Positions 49,443 to 58,836 of a stretch of 64,000 nucleotides of DNA are shown here, piece after piece. Positions within the stretch are counted from its first letter, which is position 1, and the number at the start of each line of letters is the position of its first letter. The stretch covers positions 512,001-576,000 of the forward strand of contig JAVZJD010000001.1 of NCBI GenBank assembly GCA_038870975.1, in the 5' to 3' direction. The notes beneath the pieces were generated by a model that worked only from the letters and a program-made list of their open reading frames with translations, was not told where the DNA came from and ran no database searches. Made by a program: the position numbers and the translations under genes. The DNA comes from Candidatus Bathyarchaeia archaeon (GTDB taxonomy: Archaea; Thermoproteota; CALKCG01; B24).

Positions 49443-50252
49443 TTAGAGTCTAACTGGCACTCCGTGTCTGGCGAGGTATTCTTTAACTTCTCTAACTGTG
49501 TATTGTCCGTAGTGGAATATACTGGCCGCCAAAGCAGCGTCAGCCTCTCCAACTGTTAAGGCTTTTAAGATGTGGTCTAGATCTCCAGCTCCACTACTAG
49601 CGATTATAGGTACAGATACTCTTTTAGAGAGTTCTTTTAGAAGGGTTAGATCGTATCCCTGCTTTGTCCCATCGAAATCCAACGATGAAACTAAGAGTTC
49701 ACCCGCTCCAAGTTTAACAGCTCTCTCAGCCCACTTTAAAGCATCCATATTCGTAGATTGTCTTCCACCATAGATGTATACGTCCCACCAGCAGAGTCCT
49801 TTTTCCGACTCTACAGCCGTTTTATCCGTAGACTGCCGTTCATCTACGTAGACACGTTTAACATCTATAGATATCACTATACACTGACTTCCAAATACTT
49901 CAGACGCCTCTTTGATGAGATTTGGGTTCTGTACAGCCGCCGTATTTATGGAAACTTTATCTGCACCAGCGTGTAGAATCCTATGGATATCGTCTATACT
50001 TCTTATACCACCACCGACTGTGAAAGGTATGTACAGTACATCTGCAACCCGTTCTACGAGCGATATAAGTGTACCTCTTCCTTCGTAGGATGCGGTTATA
50101 TCTAGGAAGACGAGTTCATCAGCACCCTGCTCATAGTATTTTAAAGCTAGTTCAACGGGATCTCCAGCGTCTTTAAGGTCTTTAAATCCTATGCCTTTAA
50201 CTACTCTACCCTGTTTAACGTCTAAGCATGGGATTATCCTCTTCGCAAGCAT
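49443..50252 (-). CDS. hisF: Imidazole glycerol phosphate synthase cyclase subunit
   Basis: [44 protein letters not shown]. Confidence 0.97.
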   Translation of the reverse strand: MLAKRIIPCLDVKQGRVVKGIGFKDLKDAGDPVELALKYYEQGADELVFLDITASYEGRGTLISLVERVADVLYIPFTVGGGIRSIDDIHRILHAGADKVSINTAAVQNPNLIKEASEVFGSQCIVISIDVKRVYVDERQSTDKTAVESEKGLCWWDVYIYGGRQSTNMDALKWAERAVKLGAGELLVSSLDFDGTKQGYDLTLLKELSKRVSVPIIASSGAGDLDHILKALTVGEADAALAASIFHYGQYTVREVKEYLARHGVPVRL

Positions 50253-50258
50253 AGCCGT

Positions 50259-50921
50259 CTACCTTTTAATGTACTCTATGAAGTTTTTAAGTATTCTAAG
50301 TCCAATCTTCCCAGACCTCTCAGGGTGGAATTGTGTTGCGAAGACGGATCCTTTAGATACAACCGAGGGGAAGACGACACCGTATGTGGTCTCTGCGTCG
50401 ATATTATCGATTTCTACTTCTGATATTTTAGCGTAGTATGAGTGGACGAAGTATAGGAAACTTCCGTCTGGAACGCCATCTAGAAGAGGACATCCAAAGT
50501 CTCTTATCTCAATGGTATTCCAGCCTATATGTGGAATCTTAACATTCGACGGGAGTTTCACAACTATACCTTTAAAGTAGTCTAAGCCCTTGTATAGTCC
50601 ACCTTCAGTACTCACCGTGAATAGTAGTTGCATACCTAGGCATATTCCAAGTAAAGTTCCTCCACCAGCCATGAATTTTTTAATGGTATCTATGGCGGGG
50701 TTTAACCGTCTAATAGCCTCTGGGAAAGCACCGACACCTGGAAAAACAAGGGCATCTGCCTTTTCGATTTCGGCTATTTCACTAGTAATCGAGACTTCTG
50801 CACCGGATTTTTCCAAACCGTTTTTTATGCTCCTAAAGTTTCCAACAGCATAGTCGAAAACGACTACTTTAACCAACTTTAATTTTAAAGTCGAAGTTTC
50901 ACTATTAAATCTTTCCAACAA
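50259..50921 (-). CDS. hisH: Imidazole glycerol phosphate synthase glutaminase subunit (likely start TTG at 50876)
   Basis: DY..GN, PGVGAF, GICLGMQ, PHIGWN, YFVHSY, QFHPE.S. Confidence 0.96.
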   Translation of the reverse strand: MLERFNSETSTLKLKLVKVVVFDYAVGNFRSIKNGLEKSGAEVSITSEIAEIEKADALVFPGVGAFPEAIRRLNPAIDTIKKFMAGGGTLLGICLGMQLLFTVSTEGGLYKGLDYFKGIVVKLPSNVKIPHIGWNTIEIRDFGCPLLDGVPDGSFLYFVHSYYAKISEVEIDNIDAETTYGVVFPSVVSKGSVFATQFHPERSGKIGLRILKNFIEYIKR

Positions 50922-51075
50922 ATTATTCCCACGACTATTTTCACCTACTTAACTTGTGTCGACATACCCCTTAAACCAGCCAGCTCCCACTGTGTCCTAT
51001 GTAGTAGCCTTAGTTAGAATCTATACCTCTAGCCGCCTAGGAAATTGAAGCAAACACCACCGGAAAATCCCTACA

Positions 51076-52125
51076 TCATGGTTTAAGTTTCCTCCACCTC
51101 TCCTCATGCAGTTTAATCACTCTTAATACATTCCTATAAGCCATATCTTTTAGAGCTTCTTCAGTTAATCCAGCTTCAGCTAATGCATCCCACAGATTAC
51201 TCAACTTCGATATATCCTCTAAGCCTTGTGGTGGTTTTGCGGCTATCAATCCAAAGTAGTCTGTCCCTAGCGCTAGGAGCCTTGAACCATAGTTTTCGTA
51301 GACGTAACTTATGTGTTTAACCAAGTCTTTCACAGTGGGGTTGTCGGATATTGTGGAGGGTATGAACGTAAAGCCTACAACACCCTCCTTCGCACTTAGA
51401 GCTTCTAAAACCCTGTTGCTTAAGTTTCTAACGTGATTTTTAACGGCTTTCACATTCGCATGGCTCGCTATAACCGGTAGTTTAGATGCCTCTATCAGTT
51501 CTAAGCTCGTTTTTTCACCCGCATGTGAGATATCCAGTATAACACCGAGCCTATTGGCTTCCTCCACAAGGGCTTCACCGAAACCCGTTAATCCGTAGTC
51601 TCTAGCGCTCATACATGCGCCGCCATATTTAACGTCGTAATTCCAAGTCAGCTGGAGGCTTCTAACGCCAAGCCTGTAGAATATCTCTAGATCGCCAGGC
51701 TCATCTAAGGCTTCCGTTCCCTCTAAAGCTATTAGAAAACCTATCTTCCCATTTTCTAATAGCTTCTCAACATCACCCCTCTCAGAAATCGGCTCCAACT
51801 CTGAATGTGAAGCCATAAGCCTATGGTATATTTTAAGCTGCTCTATAACGTTCTCTTTGACAGCTCTTGGAGAATTTACGAAAGGCAGAGGTTTAACTTC
51901 ATAGCCTCTCCAAACAATTCTAGACAGACTTGGGTTGAAAGAAGGCATGAGTGGGAAGATGGATGCGAAGACGAGTCTAACATTAGCCTTGAGATACTTA
52001 GGTATATCTCCATGTCTACCTGGAAGGTCTACCGAGAAATCTTCAACTGGAAATCCATCATGTCCATTAGTAGCGTAGTAATAACCAATGTCTTCATGCA
52101 GATCTACAACGTGCTCCAATATCAA
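51076..52125 (-). CDS. Membrane dipeptidase (peptidase M19)
   Basis: VDLHED, LEG, LGVRSLQLTWN, DISHA, ASHAN, RNL, LGTDY.G. Confidence 0.9.
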   Translation of the reverse strand: MILEHVVDLHEDIGYYYATNGHDGFPVEDFSVDLPGRHGDIPKYLKANVRLVFASIFPLMPSFNPSLSRIVWRGYEVKPLPFVNSPRAVKENVIEQLKIYHRLMASHSELEPISERGDVEKLLENGKIGFLIALEGTEALDEPGDLEIFYRLGVRSLQLTWNYDVKYGGACMSARDYGLTGFGEALVEEANRLGVILDISHAGEKTSLELIEASKLPVIASHANVKAVKNHVRNLSNRVLEALSAKEGVVGFTFIPSTISDNPTVKDLVKHISYVYENYGSRLLALGTDYFGLIAAKPPQGLEDISKLSNLWDALAEAGLTEEALKDMAYRNVLRVIKLHEERWRKLKP

Positions 52126-52646
52126 TCAGACCTCCATTAGGAATAGAAGAAAGAAAGAATAAAAACCTAAAGGTAAAATCCGTAGAGAGACACCTACTAA
52201 GAACGTGTTCTCACCTATGGAGAAAAACAGTCGACATTAAACCAGTTAAAGAATGAACAACTTCTAAACTTTAGGATATTAAGCCTCCATAGAGGCTTAA
52301 TAGTCGAATTCCGAAGGAATCCAGAGTTTACGTTTCTGAAGACAGCATTAGCAAGCTAACCGTATAATTATTATTTCTAAAATCCACTACGACCAACATC
52401 CTCAACTTGAAAACGCTTCTTACTCGAAATTCTTTAACTCCTCCCCTTAGGGGCTTTATTCTTCTCCATGGTTTTTATGGCATTTCCCATAGGTTTTAGA
52501 GCGAAGCCCATTGTTTTCACTTCTAGACTATGGATTTTTGCAAAGATGAAAGATCTCTTCAGTTTGAAAGTTTTCAGCGAAAGAATATGGGAAGATCGAA
52601 AAAACTTTAAATCCGAGAATAGCATGGAGTACTTATAGCTTCTCTA

Positions 52647-52720
52647 GCCGCGGTAGCTCAGCCTGGGAGAGCGTCCGGCTGAAGACCGGATTGTCGCCGG
52701 TTCAAGTCCGGCCCGCGGCA
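52647..52720 (+). tRNA. tRNA-Phe (GAA), intronless, CCA not encoded
   Basis: GCCGCGG-TA-GCTC..GAGC-G-TCCGG CTGAAGA CCGGA-TTGTC-GCCGG TTCAAGT CCGGC-CCGCGGC-A forms a full cloverleaf. Confidence 0.97.
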
Positions 52721-52966
52721 CTTTCTTCCATCAGAGCCTCCATTCTCTTGAAGAGAAAGTTTCTCTCTTAATCTTCTGGGGTATACCCTAACTCCATCTT
52801 TACTAGTAAAATTGCATTGTTTACTAGTAAACTCTTGATCTGCCAGTAACGCTTTAACGAATTGCTGAAGACTGTTGAAGCCGAGCATTTTAAGCTTTTC
52901 CATAAGTATTGGATATTCCTCCTCTCTTACGGATACTCCAACAGCCTTCCAACCCCTAACCGGCAT
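52658..52966 (-). CDS. RHH-domain ORF reading antisense into tRNA-Phe (intN-like fragment)
   Basis: VGVSVREEEYPILMEKLKMLGFNSLQQFVKALL is RHH-like, and the 3' end overlaps the tRNA, as for split SSV-type integrase N-fragments. Confidence 0.55.
   Translation of the reverse strand: MPVRGWKAVGVSVREEEYPILMEKLKMLGFNSLQQFVKALLADQEFTSKQCNFTSKDGVRVYPRRLREKLSLQENGGSDGRKCRGPDLNRRQSGLQPDALPG
52799..52831. promoter_or_regulatory. Paired palindrome TTTACTAGTAAA-N9-TTTACTAGTAAA (putative protein-binding site)
   Basis: Perfect 12-bp palindromes at 52799-52810 and 52820-52831; the same pair at 54341-54373; a single copy at 56496-56507. Confidence 0.6.
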
Positions 52967-53093
52967 TTTACTTCCCTCTATACATCTTCTTAATTTTCAT
53001 GATTTTTTCATAAAATGCTTCCCTTCTTCTCCAATTATTCTCTCTTTAACCGTCATCCACTTCTTTCCCTTCCTCAGAAGATTTTCCAATATT

Positions 53094-53276
53094 TTGTATA
53101 GGAGGAACGCTTTTATAAATTCATCATCAATCTTTATAGTTGATGAAAAGTTATGGGCTTGGGCACACTACGGAGCCCGTTCCTTAGGTTTAAGAGGTGT
53201 AGCCGATTACATTTTTGAATTGATCCGAAGAGACAAAGCTGAGGCTGAGAAAAGGTCTAAGCCCTCAAATCTTTAG
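53094..53276 (+). CDS. Small RHH-like DNA-binding protein (TTG start)
   Basis: SIFIVDEKLWAWAHYGARSLGLRGVADYIFELIRRD beta-alpha-alpha pattern; divergent from the intN-like ORF. Confidence 0.45.
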   Translation: MYRRNAFINSSSIFIVDEKLWAWAHYGARSLGLRGVADYIFELIRRDKAEAEKRSKPSNL

Positions 53277-53566
53277 ACCATATCCTACGGAGGCTTTTTC
53301 TAGTCTTTCCATTAAAATCCATAATCTTCCATTTTTATGGTAAATTTTATGGGTGTTTTTATGGTTAGTTAGACCCCCTCCCCCCTAGGTTTTTCCATTA
53401 TATTTTTACGGTGCTTTTCCATAAATATGTCCCGAAAATAATGGAAAATGTCCATTATTTAGCGAATAATTTAAGCATATTTTCATCCGCATTCCGCCGT
53501 TTAAGAAGCGTTATATATGAAGACGGTTAAGTATCTGAGAGAGACGCATATAGCGGTAGTCATCCC

Positions 53567-53869
53567 ATGAAAGACGAGGAATTTATAATCTCCAATAATG
53601 TCGTGAAGCACGTGTTTAGAAGACATAGAGATTGGATTAGTATGTTAGGTTTACGGAGTATTGAGGAGATAAGAATATTTATGGTAGATGTATTGAGGAA
53701 GCCCGATGAGGTTTATAGAGATGTTTTCCATGATAATGTGAGGTATTTTCTTCGAAGGATGAGCGGTGATCTCTGGCTATGCATTGTGACTGTTGGCCCT
53801 GAAGTCCACACAGCATATCTTATAAGCCAGAAGAAATACAATAAGTACAGGGTTACAAGATGGTTATAA
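53567..53869 (+). CDS. RelE/BECR-fold putative toxin (DUF4258/PBECR2-like)
   Basis: KHVFRRH, VLRKPDEVY, CIV....V.TAY; coupled to DUF2283. Confidence 0.65.
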   Translation: MKDEEFIISNNVVKHVFRRHRDWISMLGLRSIEEIRIFMVDVLRKPDEVYRDVFHDNVRYFLRRMSGDLWLCIVTVGPEVHTAYLISQKKYNKYRVTRWL

Positions 53870-54138
53870 TGTCTCTGTTAGATATTGATATGCGGATGCT
53901 TATTGAGGGTATTGAAAGAGTCTGTGGCATAAGCCTACCTAGAAGGGTGACGGAGACATACTTAGATCCGGAAGCCGGAATCTTATATGTAAGGTTCTCG
54001 GAGCCTAAAAGAGTGGAAACCGGGGAGCCACTACCATTAAAAGCTTTAGCAACCATCTTTAGAGATGAAGACACGGGTGAGATCACAGCAATAGAGATTC
54101 TGAAGCCAGAGGAGCTTCTAAACGAACTCAACCTATAA
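53860..54138 (+). CDS. DUF2283 putative antitoxin
   Basis: YLDPEAGILYVRFS ... D..GEITAIEIL. Confidence 0.8.
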   Translation: MVIMSLLDIDMRMLIEGIERVCGISLPRRVTETYLDPEAGILYVRFSEPKRVETGEPLPLKALATIFRDEDTGEITAIEILKPEELLNELNL

Positions 54139-54221
54139 TTTAGCGCCCCTATCGACCCTCTTCGTAGCCTAGTTTCAAAATCACGCCCCTACTCTTTACC
54201 TCCAATGGAGGACAGACCACT

Positions 54222-54423
54222 AAAAAATAGGGGGTTTGCAGGGGGATTTCTCCATCTATCCTTGGTTCAAGTCCGACCCGCGGCACCTTCACCATACAGC
54301 CTCCATTAGTTAAGCGGTGGAGACGGTCTTCTTTCAACTGTTTACTAGTAAACCAAGATAATTTACTAGTAAAAGCTGGCTCGCTTAGTAATGCTATGGT
54401 AAGCTGCTGAAGATTTTGAAAGC
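54222..54423 (+). repeat. Junction repeat: left arm + tRNA-Phe 3' copy (54264-54285) + right arm with palindrome pair
   Basis: The right arm (cagcctccatt, paired TTTACTAGTAAA, tgctgaaga..ttgaa) is homologous to 52721-52885 downstream of the tRNA. Confidence 0.85.
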
Positions 54424-54616
54424 ATTTAGGTAAATAAAAACAAAATATTTTGAAACGATGTTCAAAAACAAATAGGGTAAAATATTATTTTCTTGTCTCA
54501 AAATTTAAAATATGAAGGTAAAGCTTACCAATATAGTGCGGCTCCTACCTATTAAGGCTTATGTTAAATGCTTTATAATTTGATTCCAATAGTTAAATCC
54601 CAAGATATCGCTAAGA

Positions 54617-54643
54617 GAAAAAGAGGGGGTTGCGGGGGATCTC
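54617..54643 (+). repeat. Partial left-arm motif copy
   Basis: gaaaaagagggggttgcgggggatctc. Confidence 0.55.
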
Positions 54644-54744
54644 GTTAATCATTTTTGCATATAATAGGGTTTATAGGTTTAAATACGAGAGAATGTAAAA
54701 CTTTAATTTAGACATTCTAATAATCATCTTTAGGTGTTAAAGAG

Positions 54745-54951
54745 TTGGATGTATCTGTTTCTGAAAGCCAATTGAGGCTTATATTAAATAGATTGGATAT
54801 GGTTAGGCTGGAGCTTTTGAGGCTTAGAGCCATGCTTCTACCTGAAGAGGAGTTGAGTGAGGAAGAGAGGAGAGAGCTTGAAGAGGCTCGAAGAGAGATA
54901 GCTGAGGGCTTCAGCGTAAGCCTTGAAGATCTCATTAAGGAGATAGGCTGA
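54745..54951 (+). CDS. Archaeal RelB-like antitoxin
   Basis: LRAMLLPEEELSEEERRELEEARREI..G..VSLEDL acidic pattern upstream of RelE. Confidence 0.75.
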   Translation: MDVSVSESQLRLILNRLDMVRLELLRLRAMLLPEEELSEEERRELEEARREIAEGFSVSLEDLIKEIG

Positions 54952-54957
54952 CAATAA

Positions 54958-55221
54958 ATGTTTCAGATACTCGTATCCCAGAGAGCTAGAAAATCCATTG
55001 AGAAACTTCCTGGGTACTATAAAAGAAGGATCATTGAGCTACTACTAATTTTCCGTGAAAACCCGGTTCCAGCCGAATATTACGACGTCAAAAAGCTTAA
55101 AGGATACACTGATACTTATAGAGTTAGAATCGGTAACGTTCGGGTAATCTACGAAATATTATGGGATTCTAAGAAGGTTCATATTTTATTAGTCGAATGG
55201 AGAGAAAGAGCCTACACTTAA
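54958..55221 (+). CDS. RelE/ParE-family toxin
   Basis: ARKSIEKLP, KKLKGY.DTYRVRIG..RVIY, RERAY. Confidence 0.9.
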   Translation: MFQILVSQRARKSIEKLPGYYKRRIIELLLIFRENPVPAEYYDVKKLKGYTDTYRVRIGNVRVIYEILWDSKKVHILLVEWRERAYT

Positions 55222-55293
55222 AACAAAAAGAAAGAGGGATTTTGCGGGAGATTTCTCCAGCCGTCTCTGATTCGAACCCCGCCTGGTCTACCA
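55221..55293 (+). repeat. Left arm joined to a different (tRNA-Ala-like) 3'-end fragment
   Basis: aaagagggattttgcgggagatttctccagccgt (near-identical to 56377-56414), followed by TTCGAACCCCGCCTGGTCTACCA (55271-55293). Confidence 0.7.
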
Positions 55294-55510
55294 CTTATAT
55301 ACTCCTTGATGAACTCCTACAGCTTTAATCTTTTAAAACAATAATCTATGTTTTCCCACGACAAAGAACCGAAATGGATGAGGAAGAAATCACCATCACT
55401 AGTCAATGGCAGGTTCGAACCTATCCCCGTATATCATGACCCACGCAATTCCACCTTAGCATTTCAGGCTTATTTCAGCAACCACTCTTTTCTTTTGGCA
55501 AGCTTAATCG

Positions 55511-55867
55511 TTAATTTGCGACCTCTTCAATTTCTTCTAGTATTTTTGAGAACTGCTCTTTAAGTCTTGGTAGATCTCTCTTCACGGTCTCCCAAACTAA
55601 GTCTAGGTTTACGCCAAAATACTGGTGGATTAATTTATCCCTCATCCCAGCAATCTCCTTCCATGGAACCTCCGAATACCTTGATTTAGTTTCTCTACTA
55701 ATGTTCTTTGCCGCCTCTCCAATTATTTCGAGTCCTCTTAAGACCGCGTACTGCTTTTCAACGTTGGCAAGAAAATCCTCTTTACTGATACCTTCAATAA
55801 ACTTCTCTATATTTGATGCTGCCTCCACTATATGCTTGAGGTATGCTTTATCTCTTCTTGTAGACAA
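55511..55867 (-). CDS. HEPN toxin (DUF86/HepT)
   Basis: [35 protein letters not shown] (RX4HXY). Confidence 0.92.
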   Translation of the reverse strand: MSTRRDKAYLKHIVEAASNIEKFIEGISKEDFLANVEKQYAVLRGLEIIGEAAKNISRETKSRYSEVPWKEIAGMRDKLIHQYFGVNLDLVWETVKRDLPRLKEQFSKILEEIEEVAN

Positions 55868-56183
55868 TTATCATTTCCCTCTTTACATCATCGATTATGT
55901 GCGGGTTTATGCTGCTGAAAATCCCAAGGTCAACCTTCCTCCCAAAGACCTCGCTCATCTCCTCCTCAATCCTTATGAGATCAAGGAGAGATTTCCCACT
56001 ATCTCTATCAAATTCTATGGCAACATCTATATCGCTCTCCGACTTCTGCTCCCCTCTAGCGAAGGAGCCGAAAATAGCCATAAAAACTATATTATTTCTC
56101 TCACAAACCTCAATCAGCTTCTCTTCTAAACCTTCTTTCATTAAATCTTTTGGTAAATCCTGAATCTTGCTTTTAGGAAGCAC
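55848..56183 (-). CDS. Minimal nucleotidyltransferase (MntA antitoxin)
   Basis: [23 protein letters not shown]. Confidence 0.92.
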   Translation of the reverse strand: MLPKSKIQDLPKDLMKEGLEEKLIEVCERNNIVFMAIFGSFARGEQKSESDIDVAIEFDRDSGKSLLDLIRIEEEMSEVFGRKVDLGIFSSINPHIIDDVKREMIIVYKKR

Positions 56184-56367
56184 GTCTTTTATCTTCTATC
56201 TCCTTAAATTTAATCCTTTTTCTCACTAAGCACCCCGCTATTTAGGACTTCTATCTAAGTCTAAGTGAGACGCACGGAAAATGGGGAAGCTCAAGGCTAA
56301 TAAAACATTAAGATAAGATGCTTCTTACACCATTAAAAACCATTTCTTAAAGCGGAAATATAAACGC

Positions 56368-56507
56368 AAAACAGAAAAAGAAAGAGAGGTTTTGCAGGAG
56401 ATTTCTCCAGCCGTTTTTAGTTTAAGTCCGGCCCGCGGCACTTTCACCATACAACATCCATTAGTTAAGTAGGGATAGAGGTCTTCTTTCAAATCTTTAC
56501 TAGTAAA
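56368..56507 (+). repeat. Junction repeat: left arm + tRNA-Phe 3' copy (56419-56440) + right arm with one palindrome
   Basis: Aligns with 54222-54352 (caccataca..ccattagttaag..ggtcttctttcaa..tttactagtaaac). Confidence 0.85.
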
Positions 56508-56592
56508 CTCGAATAATGTATAAGCCCAGGGTATCACACTATAGTATGGCTATGGGAGGCAATTAAGCTGTGCAAGCAGCTAGACATTCCAC

Positions 56593-56940
56593 GTGATCAA
56601 GAGAGGATCTAAAAGCTTAGGCGGTATGATAGTTGGCGTGTATAAGGCTGCTTCAACATGGTTTGGAAAGGATAAGCCTCTATGGCTAGATGGGGTTAGG
56701 GTCATCGAGGAGTATGAGGAAGAGAAGAAAAGTGGAGAGCTAGAGCTGGTAGGCTGGAGGATGCTGAGAGAGCTGGAGACAGATGAGATTCGAGGTATAC
56801 CTTACGAAGAAAGCCATAATATAACTAAATCCTCCCAAGAGAACAAGCATACCAACAGTGGCGGATATGTAATAGATAGAACAGCCGCAATAAAGGCTTT
56901 TGTTAACCCCTTTACCTCAAGGTATAGAGTATCTGAATAG
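56593..56940 (+). CDS. Hypothetical protein (possibly a fragment)
   Basis: 115-aa ORF with no recognised motif. Confidence 0.3.
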   Translation: MIKRGSKSLGGMIVGVYKAASTWFGKDKPLWLDGVRVIEEYEEEKKSGELELVGWRMLRELETDEIRGIPYEESHNITKSSQENKHTNSGGYVIDRTAAIKAFVNPFTSRYRVSE

Positions 56941-57067
56941 AAAATGCTTGAAGTGGCATGGGCAGGCCGGGGATGGAGGTCGACGCCTAAGGCTCCTTAT
57001 GCTTGAACAGTTCCCTGCAATACCTTAACCTTAATTATCGGAAGACGACAAAATGTTATTGAGGCGT

Positions 57068-57622
57068 CTAAATATGGACCGTGGAATTGTTCGTAGGTTT
57101 TAGCTCGCAGAGGATTCTGCGGTATAATTCTGGGCTTATTCTGAACCCGGCTTTTAGGAGCTCGTCTAGGATTTGGACTGCCTCATCCCTCATTATTGTT
57201 CCCCGCTTATAAGCCTTGATTATTACGCCGCATGTTCCGATCGGCGTTACATTAAGCATCCTTGAGACTCTCCTCGCTTCTCTATCGTCCGCTATAAGAT
57301 ATTTTATGTCTAGCTGCTTGCACAGCTTAATTGCCTCCCTCTCCCCTGAACCGAGCCTCACATTTGTGTCCAGGAAGCGGTATTCAGCGTCTATCTTAGG
57401 CTTTACCCGCTCCCTAATTATCCATGCTCCAACAGCTCGCTCAATAATGAACGCATCACTAATGTTAAGAGCTTTCCCCTTGACCACCGCCTCCTCAAAG
57501 ACGGCCTCGGGGATAAAGATTCTCTCAAAGAGAGATCTAAGTATGTCAAGCTTGCCGACCTTCGCCAGATAGATTAGTGGTGTGGAGTTTGAGACTGCGT
57601 AGGTAGGCTTATCCTCGCTCAA
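57068..57622 (-). CDS. DUF3368 PIN-like protein
   Basis: VSNSTPLIYLAKVG.L, IPEAVFEE, LGSGEREAI, DDREAR, GT.GV, GFRIS. Confidence 0.88.
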   Translation of the reverse strand: MSEDKPTYAVSNSTPLIYLAKVGKLDILRSLFERIFIPEAVFEEAVVKGKALNISDAFIIERAVGAWIIRERVKPKIDAEYRFLDTNVRLGSGEREAIKLCKQLDIKYLIADDREARRVSRMLNVTPIGTCGVIIKAYKRGTIMRDEAVQILDELLKAGFRISPELYRRILCELKPTNNSTVHI

Positions 57623-57935
57623 GCGCCCTCAGATCCTCTTCCAAATCCTCAACGCTATATTGGAGTGTAACCTTCTTCTGCGCCAATACATCAATCATCT
57701 CCCATATTGAGATGCCAGCAATCTCGGCAGCTCTTGAAAGCGTAACCAACCCATCCCTATACAATTCCACAGCTTTCCTAAGCCTCCACTCACGCAAGTA
57801 ATGCTCCAAAGCTCTCTCCAGAATGGTCGACTTATCCACCTTCTCCTCCTTGGCTATCTCCTCTATGAAACGCACTATTTCCTTAGGCAGCCTAGCCGAA
57901 ACCACCTCAGACAAGGATAGACCCCCCGTATACAA
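57609..57935 (-). CDS. UPF0175-family (RHH-HTH) antitoxin
   Basis: VSARLP, AVELYRDG.VTLSRAAEIAGIS.WE, Y..EDLEED. Confidence 0.88.
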   Translation of the reverse strand: MYTGGLSLSEVVSARLPKEIVRFIEEIAKEEKVDKSTILERALEHYLREWRLRKAVELYRDGLVTLSRAAEIAGISIWEMIDVLAQKKVTLQYSVEDLEEDLRALERG

Positions 57936-58069
57936 TTTAAAACCATGTTTACATATTTAAACATTAACTATAACCATGCATCATCTCTCTAGGAAACATT
58001 CTTAAATATTGGGGCGATATTAAAAATGTTATTGGGTGCCCAGACGTGAGCGATGGTTCCACCCATGTA

Positions 58070-58183
58070 ATGAAGGGCACCAGCCTCTAGGGTTTAAATC
58101 CCTTCTTCTTTTAAATCCAGAAGTAATGAGTTTAGCGTGAAGAGCACTATTTATGATCATTATGAGAGACTTAATGATCATAA
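58070..58183 (+). repeat. Second-type junction: ATGAAGGGCACCAG + T-arm remnant + palindrome pair TTATGATCATTA-N9-TAATGATCATAA
   Basis: 14-nt identity with 62583-62596 in the same register to a GGTT T-arm remnant; inverted arms at 58151-58162 and 58172-58183. Confidence 0.55.
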
Positions 58184-58214
58184 CTATCTTCATTTTTACT
58201 CCCTCAGTTTAAGA

Positions 58215-58793
58215 TTAGGTTTTGTAGTTTCTTGCGTAAAGGACTATGCCTACTGCTAGAATATCCATGCATGAGGCCGCGACGACCATTATATCAAATA
58301 ATATTGTTAGACTCGTGATGGACGCTTCCCTTAAGAAAAGCGAGGTTAAAGCGTCGGTAACATAGTAGCTAGGTACAAATTTGCTGACCACTTGAGCATA
58401 GGAGGATAGCGAGGCACCAACAAATGTGCCTAAAAATAGTTGTGGAAGCACAAAAAGAAAGGCTATTCCCGTTGCTGCATCGAATGTTTTGGCTAGGACG
58501 GCTGTAATTAAGCCGAAGCCTACATTAGATAAGGAGAAGATTAGCACAAGGAGGAAAGCCATGACGTAAACCAGAAGTCCTACATTCGGCCTGAAACCCA
58601 TAAGATAAGTTGCGATAAAAACGAGAGCCGCCTGAATTAAGGCTATGAGCATGTAAGATAAAACATGGCTCATAATGAATTCAGTTGGAGTCATAGGAGT
58701 TAACCTTATTCTCCTCAGCATACCGTTCTCTCGGTCTTGGGTAAAGGACTGAGCAACAACCATTAGGATGAAAATAGATGCGAAAGTGAGCAT
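58215..58793 (-). pseudogene. 5'-truncated ABC-2 permease
   Basis: DRENGMLRRIRLTP, PQLFLG, PSYYVTDAL; lacks the N-terminus and has no partner ATPase; two hairpins at the break. Confidence 0.7.
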
Positions 58794-58836
58794 CTATTTT
58801 CACTTTCTTCACTTCTTCAAACAAGTGAAGAAAGTG
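58770..58836. repeat. Two abutting perfect inverted repeats (12-8-12 and 14-8-14)
   Basis: gaaaatagatgc-gaaagtga-gcatctattttc (58770-58801) and cactttcttcactt-cttcaaac-aagtgaagaaagtg (58801-58836). Confidence 0.75.

Noticed and set aside
49443-50921. hisH/hisF apart from other his genes as a specialised paralogue pair
   Set aside because: The sequences look canonical, and scattered his genes are common in archaea.
52875-53093. N-terminal part of ORF 52875..53276
   Set aside because: Antisense to the RHH/intN-like ORF and low complexity; only the part from TTG 53094 looks protein-like.
54149-54337. ORFs 54149..54337, 56325..56537 and 62447..62635 as functional genes
   Set aside because: They are translations across junction repeats with frames that differ between copies; treated as relics.
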